Source: a virus
Length of the DNA stretch: 64,000 nucleotides
Strand: one strand, 5' to 3'
IMG/VR virus record: IMGVR_UViG_3300045988_108496
Span: 1-64,000 of that record
Positions 50,279 through 59,920 of the stretch are shown in pieces. The notes under the pieces are model-generated. The model worked only from the letters and a program-made list of their open reading frames with translations. It was not told the origin of the DNA and ran no database searches. A program made the translations under genes and the position numbers. Each line of letters begins with the position of its first letter. Within the stretch, counting starts at the first letter, position 1.

Positions 50279-51469
50279 ATGAAGTTACAAGCCCTATCAT
50301 CCAAAGCCCTGCACGCTGCCCTTAACAAGTCGGCAAAGTGTATCGGCTCTAAAAATCCCATTGCCATTTTCGACAATGTGCTGCTGACCTGCAACGAAAG
50401 CGGTCTGTTCTTTCTTACGTCATCTACAGCAGAAGCACAGCTCACCATCCCGGCGCCCATTTCGTTGTGCGGTGGCAAGTTTGATAAGCCGATAGTGCTA
50501 CCTATAAAGATGCTCAGTTCGCTGTTAGGCACACTGCCCGACTGCGTTGTCACTCTTGATATAGAGGAGGGTGGATCGTCGTTCACTGTAGAGTATTGCA
50601 CCGGCAGTGGCGACAACGTTAAGTCGGGCAAGGCTAAAATGGCTTATTTCTCGGGCAACGAATACCCTCAGATGCTATTGCCCAAGAGTGAGGCTTCAAC
50701 AATTATTTGCCTGCCTTTTCAGTTGTTCCATTCTGTTATAGATACTGCTGATAAGTTTGTTCAGATAGACGAACTTCGCCCCCAGCTTTCCAGCTTGTGT
50801 GTAGACATTGCCGACGACCGCTCAGAGGTGGTCTTTGCGGCTACGAACGGACATACGCTTGCAAAGATAGTACACAGCAATGATCCGCAGAAGGGTGGCA
50901 GTGATTTCTTCCGTAGTGGCGAGCCTCGCAAGACGCTTATCCACCGCAATTACTTCCGCACGTTGTCAGCCTTTGACGGATGCGAGGAGATCAGCATCGA
51001 GAACGACGGAAACACCATCCGTTTTTCGTCGGGCGACATCGAACTTATTTGCAAGCACATGGAGGGCAAATACCCTAACTACAGCGGCGTAATTCCGAAG
51101 TCCAACCCCTACTTCGTCGTATTTGACAAGAAGGAAATGACTGACATCCTGCGCCGTGTCAGTCTGTTCTCAAGTAGCGCAAGCAATCTTGTAAAGGTAG
51201 AGAAGAACGGCATTTTCATCAACGTTTCTGCGAGTAACATGGATTTTGCTTTGTCCGGCGAAGACCAGGTGCTCATATCTAACGCAGAGTGCCCCGACAA
51301 TTTCCGCATCGGATTGAAGTCGTCGGCTTTTCAGACCTGTATCAACTCCATTCCGTCGGACACCATACGAATGCAGTTGCTTGACGCTTCGCACGCCGTA
51401 GTGCTCACCGCTGACACACCTGCGCCTAAAGTGATGACGCTTGTGATGCCGATGCTGCTTGACGATTAA
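50279..51469 (+). CDS. dnaN: DNA polymerase III beta sliding clamp
   Basis: ATG 50279 (MKLQALSSKALHAALNKSAKCIGSKNPIAIFDNVLL...TSSTAEAQL). DnaN N-terminal pattern and a size of 396 aa. Confidence 0.8.
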   Translation: MKLQALSSKALHAALNKSAKCIGSKNPIAIFDNVLLTCNESGLFFLTSSTAEAQLTIPAPISLCGGKFDKPIVLPIKMLSSLLGTLPDCVVTLDIEEGGSSFTVEYCTGSGDNVKSGKAKMAYFSGNEYPQMLLPKSEASTIICLPFQLFHSVIDTADKFVQIDELRPQLSSLCVDIADDRSEVVFAATNGHTLAKIVHSNDPQKGGSDFFRSGEPRKTLIHRNYFRTLSAFDGCEEISIENDGNTIRFSSGDIELICKHMEGKYPNYSGVIPKSNPYFVVFDKKEMTDILRRVSLFSSSASNLVKVEKNGIFINVSASNMDFALSGEDQVLISNAECPDNFRIGLKSSAFQTCINSIPSDTIRMQLLDASHAVVLTADTPAPKVMTLVMPMLLDD

Positions 51470-51501
51470 TTGATAATTCATAACTAATAATTAATAATCA
51501 A

Positions 51502-52137
51502 ATGGACGATACTCTCCTCTTTATTCCGCCTTGCTGCGTAGACAATAAGCTGCCCAAGGCGGTCAACCAGGCACCTCACCGTCAGCTCACGTTTTACACA
51601 CATGGCGACGTAACGGTGGAGAAATTCTATAAGGCAGTGAGCCACCTCGTGATAGACTCTCACGTAATGGTGCTCACCATGCCTTTGCCTAAGCAAGAGA
51701 CATTTATGTTTCTTGAGCAATGCTTTGAGCGAGGATGGACAACCCACCTCGTGCTATCCACCTACCGCTCATGCGACTCGCTCATAGCAAAACACCTTGG
51801 CGATTACGCCGACCGCATCATCTATGCGCAAAGCGACGACGTGAGCGACCTAAGCAGCCACATGGTGCTCTACAACAAAGACAGGGCATTGACACTAAGC
51901 GGACCGATGTTCGACCGTCCGCAAATAGATGTACGACTGGCTGCATACACAATAGTATTCCATCCCTCCCACCTGCTAAACTCTACAGCCGACTGGGGCA
52001 ATTCGCTCCGTAATATTCTCTTCCCCGACGTACTGCGTCAGCGCAAGAAGATGTTTGCCGGAGGTGTAAAATTGATAAAGGATAAGGAAATCGACAGGTT
52101 CATACACTTGGAATTTCCACCATTCAAAGAAGAATAA
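51502..52137 (+). CDS. hypothetical protein
   Basis: 211-aa track ORF. Confidence 0.5.
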   Translation: MDDTLLFIPPCCVDNKLPKAVNQAPHRQLTFYTHGDVTVEKFYKAVSHLVIDSHVMVLTMPLPKQETFMFLEQCFERGWTTHLVLSTYRSCDSLIAKHLGDYADRIIYAQSDDVSDLSSHMVLYNKDRALTLSGPMFDRPQIDVRLAAYTIVFHPSHLLNSTADWGNSLRNILFPDVLRQRKKMFAGGVKLIKDKEIDRFIHLEFPPFKEE

Positions 52138-52139
52138 AT

Positions 52140-52451
52140 ATGAGACCACTTACACAGTCATTCACCGAGCTGCGCCGCTATATGGAAAAGTGGCAATGGA
52201 ACGACCCACGCACGGGACAGCGCGTCACAGGCTTCAATCCACCGCAGACAGCACGCAACGTGGCACGTATGCCGTTCTACATACGTTTCCTCACCAAGAC
52301 GGGACATGTAGACACCGGCACCTGCGTCTGCCTCTCGGTTGACACCATACGCCACCAGCGCAAGGTGCAGTTTGTGGAGAGTGGCGAGATAAGGGTTGTG
52401 AACGACATACTCGTGCTCGAAGTAGATGGCACGAGATTTATAACGCATTAA
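52140..52451 (+). CDS. hypothetical protein
   Basis: 103-aa track ORF. Confidence 0.45.
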   Translation: MRPLTQSFTELRRYMEKWQWNDPRTGQRVTGFNPPQTARNVARMPFYIRFLTKTGHVDTGTCVCLSVDTIRHQRKVQFVESGEIRVVNDILVLEVDGTRFITH

Positions 52452-52677
52452 AACGATTTGTTTACATGGAGTTTAAGTCATTTTTTATGGTAGATTAATA
52501 TTGTTTTTAAAGCACTACTCTGGTTCGTGAGAATAGGAGTGGATTTCTAAAACGTTTTTATTTTTGATGGAATTTAGTTTACTTTCTCGCTCGTGAGAGT
52601 GGGGAAGTTTTTAGAGTTTTTTTATTTGCTCCGTGTGCGCAGTCTATAATATAAACAACTTTTAAAAAATCAAAAAT

Positions 52678-53232
52678 ATGAATTTGTTCAAGTCAAAGAA
52701 AAAGCAGTCGCTAAAAGAACTGCGTGACCTTACCGCCGTTTGTTCAATTCTCGACGAGTTTGAGCGTAGGGGCATTATCTTCTGGCGTCGCAGGGACAAT
52801 CTTCTCCTTATCGAGGAAGTCCTCGCTGTGTTAAAGTTGGCTGAGGGACGTGCCGGCTTCCACAAGTTCCTCAATCAGGTTGCCATGTGGCAGAGTAATA
52901 AACTTATTAACGAGGCCTACGAAGCATATCGTATAGAGGTAGAAACGGACGCCGTGCGTAAGGCACAACTCAAGTTCGCAAATCTCACCAAAGCCGACAT
53001 TATGCGCATCCGGCAAGAAGCAAGAGAAAACATGCCGATGCTGCCTATGGAGCAGCTTGACTGCATCAAGGAGTTCGACATATTCGTTGTCCGAGCTAAT
53101 GCTCCTTCGGCGCAGAATGCTACAGAAGAGAGCGGTCAACTCCTTGCTCTTGGCCATTACGACGGAGAGAAGGTAGAGATGGCAATGTACGATGACGTGA
53201 AACACAACCTTGTAAATAGCGACAATGATTAA
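52678..53232 (+). CDS. hypothetical protein
   Basis: 184-aa track ORF after a 226-nt structured spacer. Confidence 0.5.
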   Translation: MNLFKSKKKQSLKELRDLTAVCSILDEFERRGIIFWRRRDNLLLIEEVLAVLKLAEGRAGFHKFLNQVAMWQSNKLINEAYEAYRIEVETDAVRKAQLKFANLTKADIMRIRQEARENMPMLPMEQLDCIKEFDIFVVRANAPSAQNATEESGQLLALGHYDGEKVEMAMYDDVKHNLVNSDND

Positions 53233-53779
53233 AGTGTCTTTCAACCATCACGATTTTCTGTTCGCCATCGAAGGATTTGTTCGTGGCTCGCATCTACGTC
53301 AGCACGTATGGCGCAATATCGTCTATAAGGCAATTCCTCAGATGTCTGCTGACGATATGGACTTTTTGTGGTTTTTCCTTCGTCGAGATACGTTCGGTGT
53401 CTATTTCTGTCAGAATAGCCCCCACTTCGGCTACTATGATTTCATGCACGTGCTCGCTGCTCTGCATCGGGGCAATCGCTATAAAGTGTTGTTCAGGTCC
53501 GAGGATGGTACCAAAACGTTCAGGGCGTTCTGCTATCGCCTCCACGGCAAGTATAGACCGCTGCATCTTTATTATTTCGATGAAAGTATGCGGAGGTGGA
53601 AACTTCAACATGCAATAGAAGCGTTTGATGCTTTTATTCCCGACGATCAGATAAAGATAGCAGTAAGAAGGCGAGGGGTGCGCAACGAGTACGTACAAGA
53701 AGACAAGGAAGAGTGGTGGAACGATCTTGACATATACGACGACTTTTGCGAGCGTTTTAACTTAATAAGTCAAAATTAA
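53225..53779 (+). CDS. hypothetical protein
   Basis: 184-aa track ORF with an 8-nt overlap with the upstream gene. Confidence 0.5.
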   Translation: MIKVSFNHHDFLFAIEGFVRGSHLRQHVWRNIVYKAIPQMSADDMDFLWFFLRRDTFGVYFCQNSPHFGYYDFMHVLAALHRGNRYKVLFRSEDGTKTFRAFCYRLHGKYRPLHLYYFDESMRRWKLQHAIEAFDAFIPDDQIKIAVRRRGVRNEYVQEDKEEWWNDLDIYDDFCERFNLISQN

Positions 53780-53797
53780 AAAGCTAAATGTATAGAT

Positions 53798-54118
53798 ATG
53801 GACCCTAAGCTAAAGAAATTTATAAAGCAGTACAAGGATAGTTGTAATAAGTTGGCAGAACTCGTCAATATGCAACTGTTTTCCGGTTGCCGCAAGTGGT
53901 ATTGGATAGGAGAGGAAGTAGGTGGGGCGTGCGACTTTGAGGAAGCCGACGTACTAAATCCGGAAGACATGCTTCGCATCATCGAGAATGGTCTGACCTA
54001 TGACGAATATGCCGAGTGGCGAGACGCTAACCTCGATAACAATCGTTACATCAATCTCAAGTCGTGGCTCATGGGGCTACGGCATGATATGTTGAATGAA
54101 GAAAAAGGAACAATTTAA
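53798..54118 (+). CDS. hypothetical protein
   Basis: 106-aa track ORF. Confidence 0.45.
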   Translation: MDPKLKKFIKQYKDSCNKLAELVNMQLFSGCRKWYWIGEEVGGACDFEEADVLNPEDMLRIIENGLTYDEYAEWRDANLDNNRYINLKSWLMGLRHDMLNEEKGTI

Positions 54119-54199
54119 TATTAGCACTTTTTTTTATCAATTTGTTTGGAAGGGCAGCCGTTGTGATAACGTCTGCCTTTCGCCTTTCTTTATATACCC

Positions 54200-54261
54200 G
54201 AAAACTCAAAATTGAATAATCCAAAATGCGTGTAGCGCACAATTCAAAACTCAAAACTCCC
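54200..54261 (+). repeat. hairpin + heptad element (copy e)
   Basis: GAAAACTCAAAATTGAATAATCCAAAA, then TGCGT-GTA-GCGCA, then CAATTCAAAACTCAAAACTCCC. Shares about 30 nt with copy d. Confidence 0.7.
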
Positions 54262-54262
54262 A

Positions 54263-56254
54263 TCATCTTCCACTCGGCAGCACAAACCAACCGCCACCGC
54301 CACGGAAGAATTTGTAACCTAAATACAGAGTATCGAAGGCATCCGTGAAGTCGGTACGTTGCTGTAAGGGCAGTGTGTCCTCACTTTCTGGCTTCTTTTC
54401 GCCCGACTTATCCTTATGAAATCCTTTGTACGAAATCTGCACTTCGCAGAGCTGCATGGCTATGATAAGATCGGGGTTGTTTATTTGGTTAATACGGATG
54501 GCGGGGTAGGAGAGGTGAGCAAGACCGTCGTTAATGATTTGATGTTTCACCTCGTGCTTTTCCGGCGCACCCATGTCTATTGCTGTCACGTTCCAACCTC
54601 GTTTCTCCAGTTCTGCAATCACTATCATATAGAAGCGTTCGTCGCTTGAAGCGTACGAGGCTCCCTGCTTGGCAGTGGAATCGTAGAAATACGTCACGTC
54701 GCGGTTGACGGCTCGCTTCGGAGCGTAGTAGTCTGAAAAATCGGCAATTAGTTCGCGTAGTTTGCGCTCGTTCTTTACGTAAAAACTCTTTATCACATTC
54801 AGACACTCCATGCCGTCACGCGCGTAGCCTTGTCCCACAACGAGTGTATTGATGTTAGCGTTATAGTCGAGAGCTATATATAGAGGCAGGGAGTTGATGC
54901 AGTCGGAATCCATGCGGCAGTCGTTGCGCTCGGCGAGTTCCTGGAAGTCGGGTTGGTAACTCTCGCTTGTGATGCGTTTGCCGTTGATGATGCCACTTAC
55001 CTTTTGTGTGCTAAAATTCGCCTGATTAAGAACATCATCATCTGGGATATAACCGTGAACATGATCAATGTCGAGGTTGGAATAAAAGCCATCGTTCGAT
55101 TTCTGTATCTTGACGTTAAGAATTGAGACCGCGAAGGTGTATGGCGGAAGGTCACGCTTCATCTGACGAATATAGTCTTCGCCCAAAATATCCACATTGT
55201 CGAGCGATGACGCACGGCGCACGCAGAAAGCCACACGGCGCAGCTCACGCAGATAACCATCAGTGAACTTCTTTGAGCGCAGAAACATCTGCATCTCGAA
55301 ATCTTCTTCTGGCGTGATAAGATACTCATAATCGTAAATTAGTTCGGCATCGTCCTGTGGAATGAGTTTATAGTTGACAGCCATCTCCACCATACCCTTT
55401 GTGACGTGTTGGCCATGGTTGGGCATTATCTTGAACTGCCCCTCATGCTTCATCATCTTCAGAGCCACGGCACGGATCATCGTGCGCAAATCCTTCGGCA
55501 CCACATGAACTGAGTGACTGTTCTTCTTGGCGTTATACAGCAGGTCGTTGTAGCGTATCACCTTATTTGCATAATCCTCCAACTGCTCCTGCACCCATCG
55601 GTAAGTCTTGCCCTTGAACGGACCCGTCTCTACGGTCAGGTCCAGTTTCTCCTCCTCTTTCTCCAGCCACGAACCTTTGGCAGTGAGCGAGGCATCCGAG
55701 AGAAAGCGTGTTGATTTATACATCGGGTTGTGGTCAGAGAAGTTGATGTCGCCCAGCGGATGCGTCTGACCTGAAAGAGCCGGCATCAATTCGTCTGTTA
55801 CTTTCTTATACGGGAAGAATCTCGCCTCGTCGCCCACCATTGCCGAGAACGTGTAGGAGTTGGCAGAGGCAGTCTGCGAGAGAGATATAAGAACCCATCC
55901 GGCACCATTCGCCAGCCAAATATAGTTGTCGTAGTTCTTAGGTTTGAAGATACTCTCGCGAGCATGTTTCGGCGGTCGTCCCCACCCAAAGTGGATGCCC
56001 TGCGTAAAGCCGAACATACGCTCCATAGCCGCCATCGTACTCGGGATGGTCTTACCGAAGCCCTGTTGACGCGACACTGCCACCCATGCGCCGAGCATAC
56101 CAGGCATGGAGTTGCTTGCCGTCCAGACGTAAGGAGCCACCAAACCATCGGTCTTACCCACACGGCGGGCAGCAATCACTCGCTCGTCTTTGGATCCCAT
56201 GTATAGCGACTGCTGCTGGAACTTAGTTAAGTAAATATTATGTGCTTGCTGCAT
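54263..56254 (-). CDS. terL: terminase large subunit
   Basis: 663 aa. Walker A-like AARRVGKTDG near the N-terminus. Overall size and pattern of phage TerL by memory. Confidence 0.7.
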   Translation of the reverse strand: MQQAHNIYLTKFQQQSLYMGSKDERVIAARRVGKTDGLVAPYVWTASNSMPGMLGAWVAVSRQQGFGKTIPSTMAAMERMFGFTQGIHFGWGRPPKHARESIFKPKNYDNYIWLANGAGWVLISLSQTASANSYTFSAMVGDEARFFPYKKVTDELMPALSGQTHPLGDINFSDHNPMYKSTRFLSDASLTAKGSWLEKEEEKLDLTVETGPFKGKTYRWVQEQLEDYANKVIRYNDLLYNAKKNSHSVHVVPKDLRTMIRAVALKMMKHEGQFKIMPNHGQHVTKGMVEMAVNYKLIPQDDAELIYDYEYLITPEEDFEMQMFLRSKKFTDGYLRELRRVAFCVRRASSLDNVDILGEDYIRQMKRDLPPYTFAVSILNVKIQKSNDGFYSNLDIDHVHGYIPDDDVLNQANFSTQKVSGIINGKRITSESYQPDFQELAERNDCRMDSDCINSLPLYIALDYNANINTLVVGQGYARDGMECLNVIKSFYVKNERKLRELIADFSDYYAPKRAVNRDVTYFYDSTAKQGASYASSDERFYMIVIAELEKRGWNVTAIDMGAPEKHEVKHQIINDGLAHLSYPAIRINQINNPDLIIAMQLCEVQISYKGFHKDKSGEKKPESEDTLPLQQRTDFTDAFDTLYLGYKFFRGGGGWFVLPSGR

Positions 56255-56256
56255 TG

Positions 56257-56484
56257 TTATCCTGATGTTTTATGTCCTACATGCCATTTATTGCACGTCC
56301 TGCACCGGTACACCGTATATCTCTGTGCTTTGAGATTCGGGTTCTCTTGTAAGAACTCCCAAGCATCATCCTCGGTCTCGTATGTTTTCTTCGCCTTCCA
56401 TGAGTGCTGCTTGCGAGTGTAGTGTTCGGGGTCCGGCTTGAACGGCGGAACCTTGTTGAAGTATTTGTGTCGGTTGTTACTCAT
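56257..56484 (-). CDS. small Zn-ribbon-like protein
   Basis: 75 aa. C-terminal YRCRTCNKWHVGH. Confidence 0.45.
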   Translation of the reverse strand: MSNNRHKYFNKVPPFKPDPEHYTRKQHSWKAKKTYETEDDAWEFLQENPNLKAQRYTVYRCRTCNKWHVGHKTSG

Positions 56485-56529
56485 GTGTTGTTTTTGTGTT
56501 GTTTTGTGTTTTCTGTTGTTCAGTTCCCG

Positions 56530-57123
56530 TCAGTTAAACCACTTCACAGTTGTCTCGCCCTTATACCCTTTCTCCCACACGAACCATGCGTAAGCCGCTG
56601 CGCTGCTGCCGTACTTGTCGAAGTCGCCATTCATAGCACATTTCAGTCGCGACGAACTTACCCAAACACGAATGGGGGGGGTAGAACGGAAGAGATCGCG
56701 TCGGGCCTTGCCTTCGAGGAAAGTCAGCTTTAGGAACATCGCCACTTTCTTACCTTCGGGAATTATGCTCAGAGCTTTCTCAACGAACTGCTGCGCATAT
56801 TTGTAGGGTGGATTGGTCACGATGTTCCCGTTCCACACCAAGTTGTCTATTGCGAGGAAGTCAGCCACCTCACCGTAACCTCTATCCACAAGGTCGCGGC
56901 TCACCACCTCATACCCTGCCGCCTTCAGCGCCTCGCTTATGTGTCCTTCGCCACACGCAGGTTCCAATATTCTACCGTCGAATTGTTCCAACCGGCAAAG
57001 CCACTCCGTAGCTTTTGGCTCCGTAGCGTAATAGTCCTCACGCTGTCGTTCTCCGTCAGCATGATTACTCGCTCCTAATGTCTTGAACACGGCAGCCGAG
57101 CCGCCCACCCAGTCCTTAGCCAT
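56530..57123 (-). CDS. DNA N6-adenine methyltransferase (NPPY)
   Basis: Motif I ILEPACGEGH and motif IV VTNPPYKY. Carries a C8 tract on the coding strand at 56674-56681. Confidence 0.8.
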   Translation of the reverse strand: MAKDWVGGSAAVFKTLGASNHADGERQREDYYATEPKATEWLCRLEQFDGRILEPACGEGHISEALKAAGYEVVSRDLVDRGYGEVADFLAIDNLVWNGNIVTNPPYKYAQQFVEKALSIIPEGKKVAMFLKLTFLEGKARRDLFRSTPPIRVWVSSSRLKCAMNGDFDKYGSSAAAYAWFVWEKGYKGETTVKWFN

Positions 57124-57165
57124 TGTGAACCTCCTTTCCGCATTTAATTGAATAGTTCATGTCTT

Positions 57166-57495
57166 TTACATTTTAAATTGTCTTTTCAAGAAAGGATTGC
57201 TCTTTATGAGTTCTATCATTTCCTCCTCTGAGTGTAAACCCTCCCAAAATACTTCAGTATGTGAATATCTTCTTTCGTCGTCAATGGAGAACGGCACGGC
57301 ATAGTTGGTATATATAACGCCGTGATGTTTTATCAAGTGGCGACCTGGATTCTTGTAGATATTATCGATCCACGTCTCGTTGTTACATTCAGTCCATATT
57401 TTGTATTCTTCGTGGGTAAGGCCTTTGTCGATACCAATAGGATAGTGACTTGCCCTGCCGTTGCCTTCTGTCCCAAAATAGATAATCTTTGCCAT
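57166..57495 (-). CDS. hypothetical protein
   Basis: 109-aa track ORF. Confidence 0.45.
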   Translation of the reverse strand: MAKIIYFGTEGNGRASHYPIGIDKGLTHEEYKIWTECNNETWIDNIYKNPGRHLIKHHGVIYTNYAVPFSIDDERRYSHTEVFWEGLHSEEEMIELIKSNPFLKRQFKM

Positions 57496-57515
57496 ATCGT
57501 GATTGTTTATGTTGT

Positions 57516-58430
57516 TTATAATGTCAAGTCAATACCAAACTCTCTTTCCAAAAACTCCTTCCAGTCCGGTTTCCCGAACAGCGAAACGTTAGCCTTCTTC
57601 CAGTCCTTTTCGCGAGGGAAAAACACGTCACGCGTAAACCATTCGTACACGTTGTCGTAGCGTTGGCGAACCTTTGCGTCGGGATGATTGTCCCAAAAGC
57701 GTTGTCCGGCACGCAGGTAGGCTCGTGCCATACGCGGATATTCCTTGAAGTAGAGGATGCGCTTGCGCTCTGTGGCGAGTGGGCAACACATACAGCCGAG
57801 ACGTTTCGACACGTCGATTTGCCCCCCCCGATTGGTGTAATAGACTGGAGCGAGTGTCAGATGTCGGTCTTCGACGAAAGCCAACACATCATCGTCCGTC
57901 CAATCGAGAATAGGGTAAATGGCTTCCACATGATTGTCCTCCGTCTTGCGACCGTAAAAACGGCATTCCGTAGGTTCGTTGTATCGCTCATTGCGCTTCG
58001 AGCTCTCCGACTTCCTTATGCCCATGATGCACTTATCTGTAACCTTGTATTCCTTCAACTTCTCGCAACAGAATCGTGAGAAACGGTTAGGGAACCCCTT
58101 TTTCGTTACAAGTTGAAAGAACGTTTCCTTGGGTCTGAGTATTTCGGCACCCATACGCCCCACATGGGCAATCGTACCTGGAGGATCAATCGTAGTGTTG
58201 CGATAAATGGCACGATAGCGGACACCCGCTTCCTTAGCCAGTTGCAGAATCACGTCAGAGTCTTTGCCGCCCGAATACGCCACCTCTATCTCATCGTCGT
58301 ATCCATTCTGTATGCCTTGAAGCAGACGGATGGCACGGTCTATTTTCTTTTGTAAATCCTCTGTTATCATATCGTTGTTTTTGTTACTTATTTTACCCAT
58401 ACCATCAATGGTTTTTATCCAACCCATCAA
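57516..58430 (-). CDS. PAPS-reductase / PP-loop ATPase family protein
   Basis: PP-loop VAYSGGKDSDV. The start is uncertain (alternative ATG at 58370). G8 tract on the coding strand at 57822-57829. Confidence 0.8.
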   Translation of the reverse strand: MMGWIKTIDGMGKISNKNNDMITEDLQKKIDRAIRLLQGIQNGYDDEIEVAYSGGKDSDVILQLAKEAGVRYRAIYRNTTIDPPGTIAHVGRMGAEILRPKETFFQLVTKKGFPNRFSRFCCEKLKEYKVTDKCIMGIRKSESSKRNERYNEPTECRFYGRKTEDNHVEAIYPILDWTDDDVLAFVEDRHLTLAPVYYTNRGGQIDVSKRLGCMCCPLATERKRILYFKEYPRMARAYLRAGQRFWDNHPDAKVRQRYDNVYEWFTRDVFFPREKDWKKANVSLFGKPDWKEFLEREFGIDLTL

Positions 58431-58694
58431 TGGGTATATTTGCCGAGGTCTGAACCTCCGTTTTTAGGTGCCGACCCTTTTGGTGCAAAGGGCAAAACCT
58501 TTGTCATGCTTCGGGCGAAACCTTATAGAACTATTGCTTGTATCGAACTATGCCCATTGTTTGTATATAGGTATTGGCATTCCTCAAACCTAAAAATACT
58601 TCTCCTATGTTTTCGACAATCATATTCCTCATCTTCTGCTGGCTCAAAAATTGTCAATTCGCCTAATTCGTTGTGCGTTTTACTCGAATGGCTA

Positions 58695-59039
58695 CTAAAA
58701 CAAATAGTGTCTCAAGAGAAATTCGTCTAATGGGATATTCACCTCTCCTTCTTTTTCTCCATTAGTTCCGAATATATCGTATCTGCCATACGCATCGAAC
58801 AGTGGAGTTAATATGACTTTTTCCTCGTTTCTTATTTCAGCGATGAAAGGTGTAGGGTCTTTGTAGCGTGCATACCATTGTATTTTTTCATTCAGGCGGT
58901 GCAAATAGGTTTTTCTTCCCTGATATTCCACTTCTTCCTGAAACATGAAAATTTCCCCCTTAACGGCTTTGTCGATCAGGCGTTTTATCTTGTTGAACTT
59001 TTGCATCTTTTCCTTATTCTGCGCTTTTTTTATAACCAT
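58695..59039 (-). CDS. hypothetical protein
   Basis: Internal ATG (MVIKKAQNKEK...) of track ORF 58695..59174. The longer form would overlap the upstream gene by 160 nt. Confidence 0.4.
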   Translation of the reverse strand: MVIKKAQNKEKMQKFNKIKRLIDKAVKGEIFMFQEEVEYQGRKTYLHRLNEKIQWYARYKDPTPFIAEIRNEEKVILTPLFDAYGRYDIFGTNGEKEGEVNIPLDEFLLRHYLF

Positions 59040-59883
59040 GGGATACTTCACTCTTCGTTCTTCCCTCTTCACTTTCTGTCTCCATATATTCAAAGTAATC
59101 CGGCTCCTCCGGCTTTCCGCTACTGAGCAGTTCTTCATCCTCGATTTCCTGTAGGTCCTTGGTGGTAAGACCATACTTGCGAGCCATGCGCAGCTTCTCT
59201 TCCTCGGTGTAGTTCACGCGGTCGCGTTTTACGATGCTCACGTCCTGCGTGATGGCAATACGACTCATGTCCGGCATCTCGTCCGTAGCGTCCTTCTCCT
59301 CCTGAAAGTTGCCATACACATTAGCCAAGGCTTGCATACCTTTATCTACTGCACGATCGTTATTCTGCTGCTTACCCGTGCGTATCAGCCATTCGGCACT
59401 GCTCAGATACATAGCCTTGTGTCGTGGACTCTCGTCGGTCTGGAAGAAACGTATCAGGTGGTTGCATACCAGCACGTCGTTGTTGAGCTCCGTGACGGTA
59501 CGCGGGCAGATATTGCCCTCGTCGTCGAGAGTAATCTTCAGCGCAAGCACATACTCCTGCGCCTCCTTATTGCTCTGCGCTGCCTGGTTGAAGAACATCT
59601 CATAGTCACGTCGGGCGATATTGCGGCACACCGTCCGAGGGTCGATGTCCTTGTTTTGCACCCATCGCTTGTAAAACTCCGAGCATATCTGCATACGGTA
59701 GCGTTGCTCCAGCTTCGGGAACGCCGTTTCTATACTTGTGCCGTAACTCAACCATTTGTCAATGCGAGCGAGCGTGTTTTGTGTAAGTCCTGACATATCA
59801 TCATTAGTTTTTTTGTTTCTTGCCTTAAAGTAACAATATTGCCCGTCCCCCATACGGACATACTTAATCTCCCCGTACCCCAC
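59014..59883 (-). CDS. hypothetical protein (first gene of the leftward terminase operon)
   Basis: 289-aa track ORF with a GTG start. Alternative ATG at 59796 (MSGLTQNT...). No motif recognised. A small-terminase role is possible by position only. Confidence 0.4.
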   Translation of the reverse strand: MGYGEIKYVRMGDGQYCYFKARNKKTNDDMSGLTQNTLARIDKWLSYGTSIETAFPKLEQRYRMQICSEFYKRWVQNKDIDPRTVCRNIARRDYEMFFNQAAQSNKEAQEYVLALKITLDDEGNICPRTVTELNNDVLVCNHLIRFFQTDESPRHKAMYLSSAEWLIRTGKQQNNDRAVDKGMQALANVYGNFQEEKDATDEMPDMSRIAITQDVSIVKRDRVNYTEEEKLRMARKYGLTTKDLQEIEDEELLSSGKPEEPDYFEYMETESEEGRTKSEVSHGYKKSAE

Positions 59884-59912
59884 AATGTCCGTTATGTGTA
59901 GTAACTAATCAG

Positions 59913-59920
59913 TAAATTTG
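59913..59920 (+). promoter_or_regulatory. -7 box TAAATTTG for the holin-to-tape-measure operon
   Basis: Exact consensus 45 nt before ATG 59965, in the divergent intergenic region. Confidence 0.45.
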
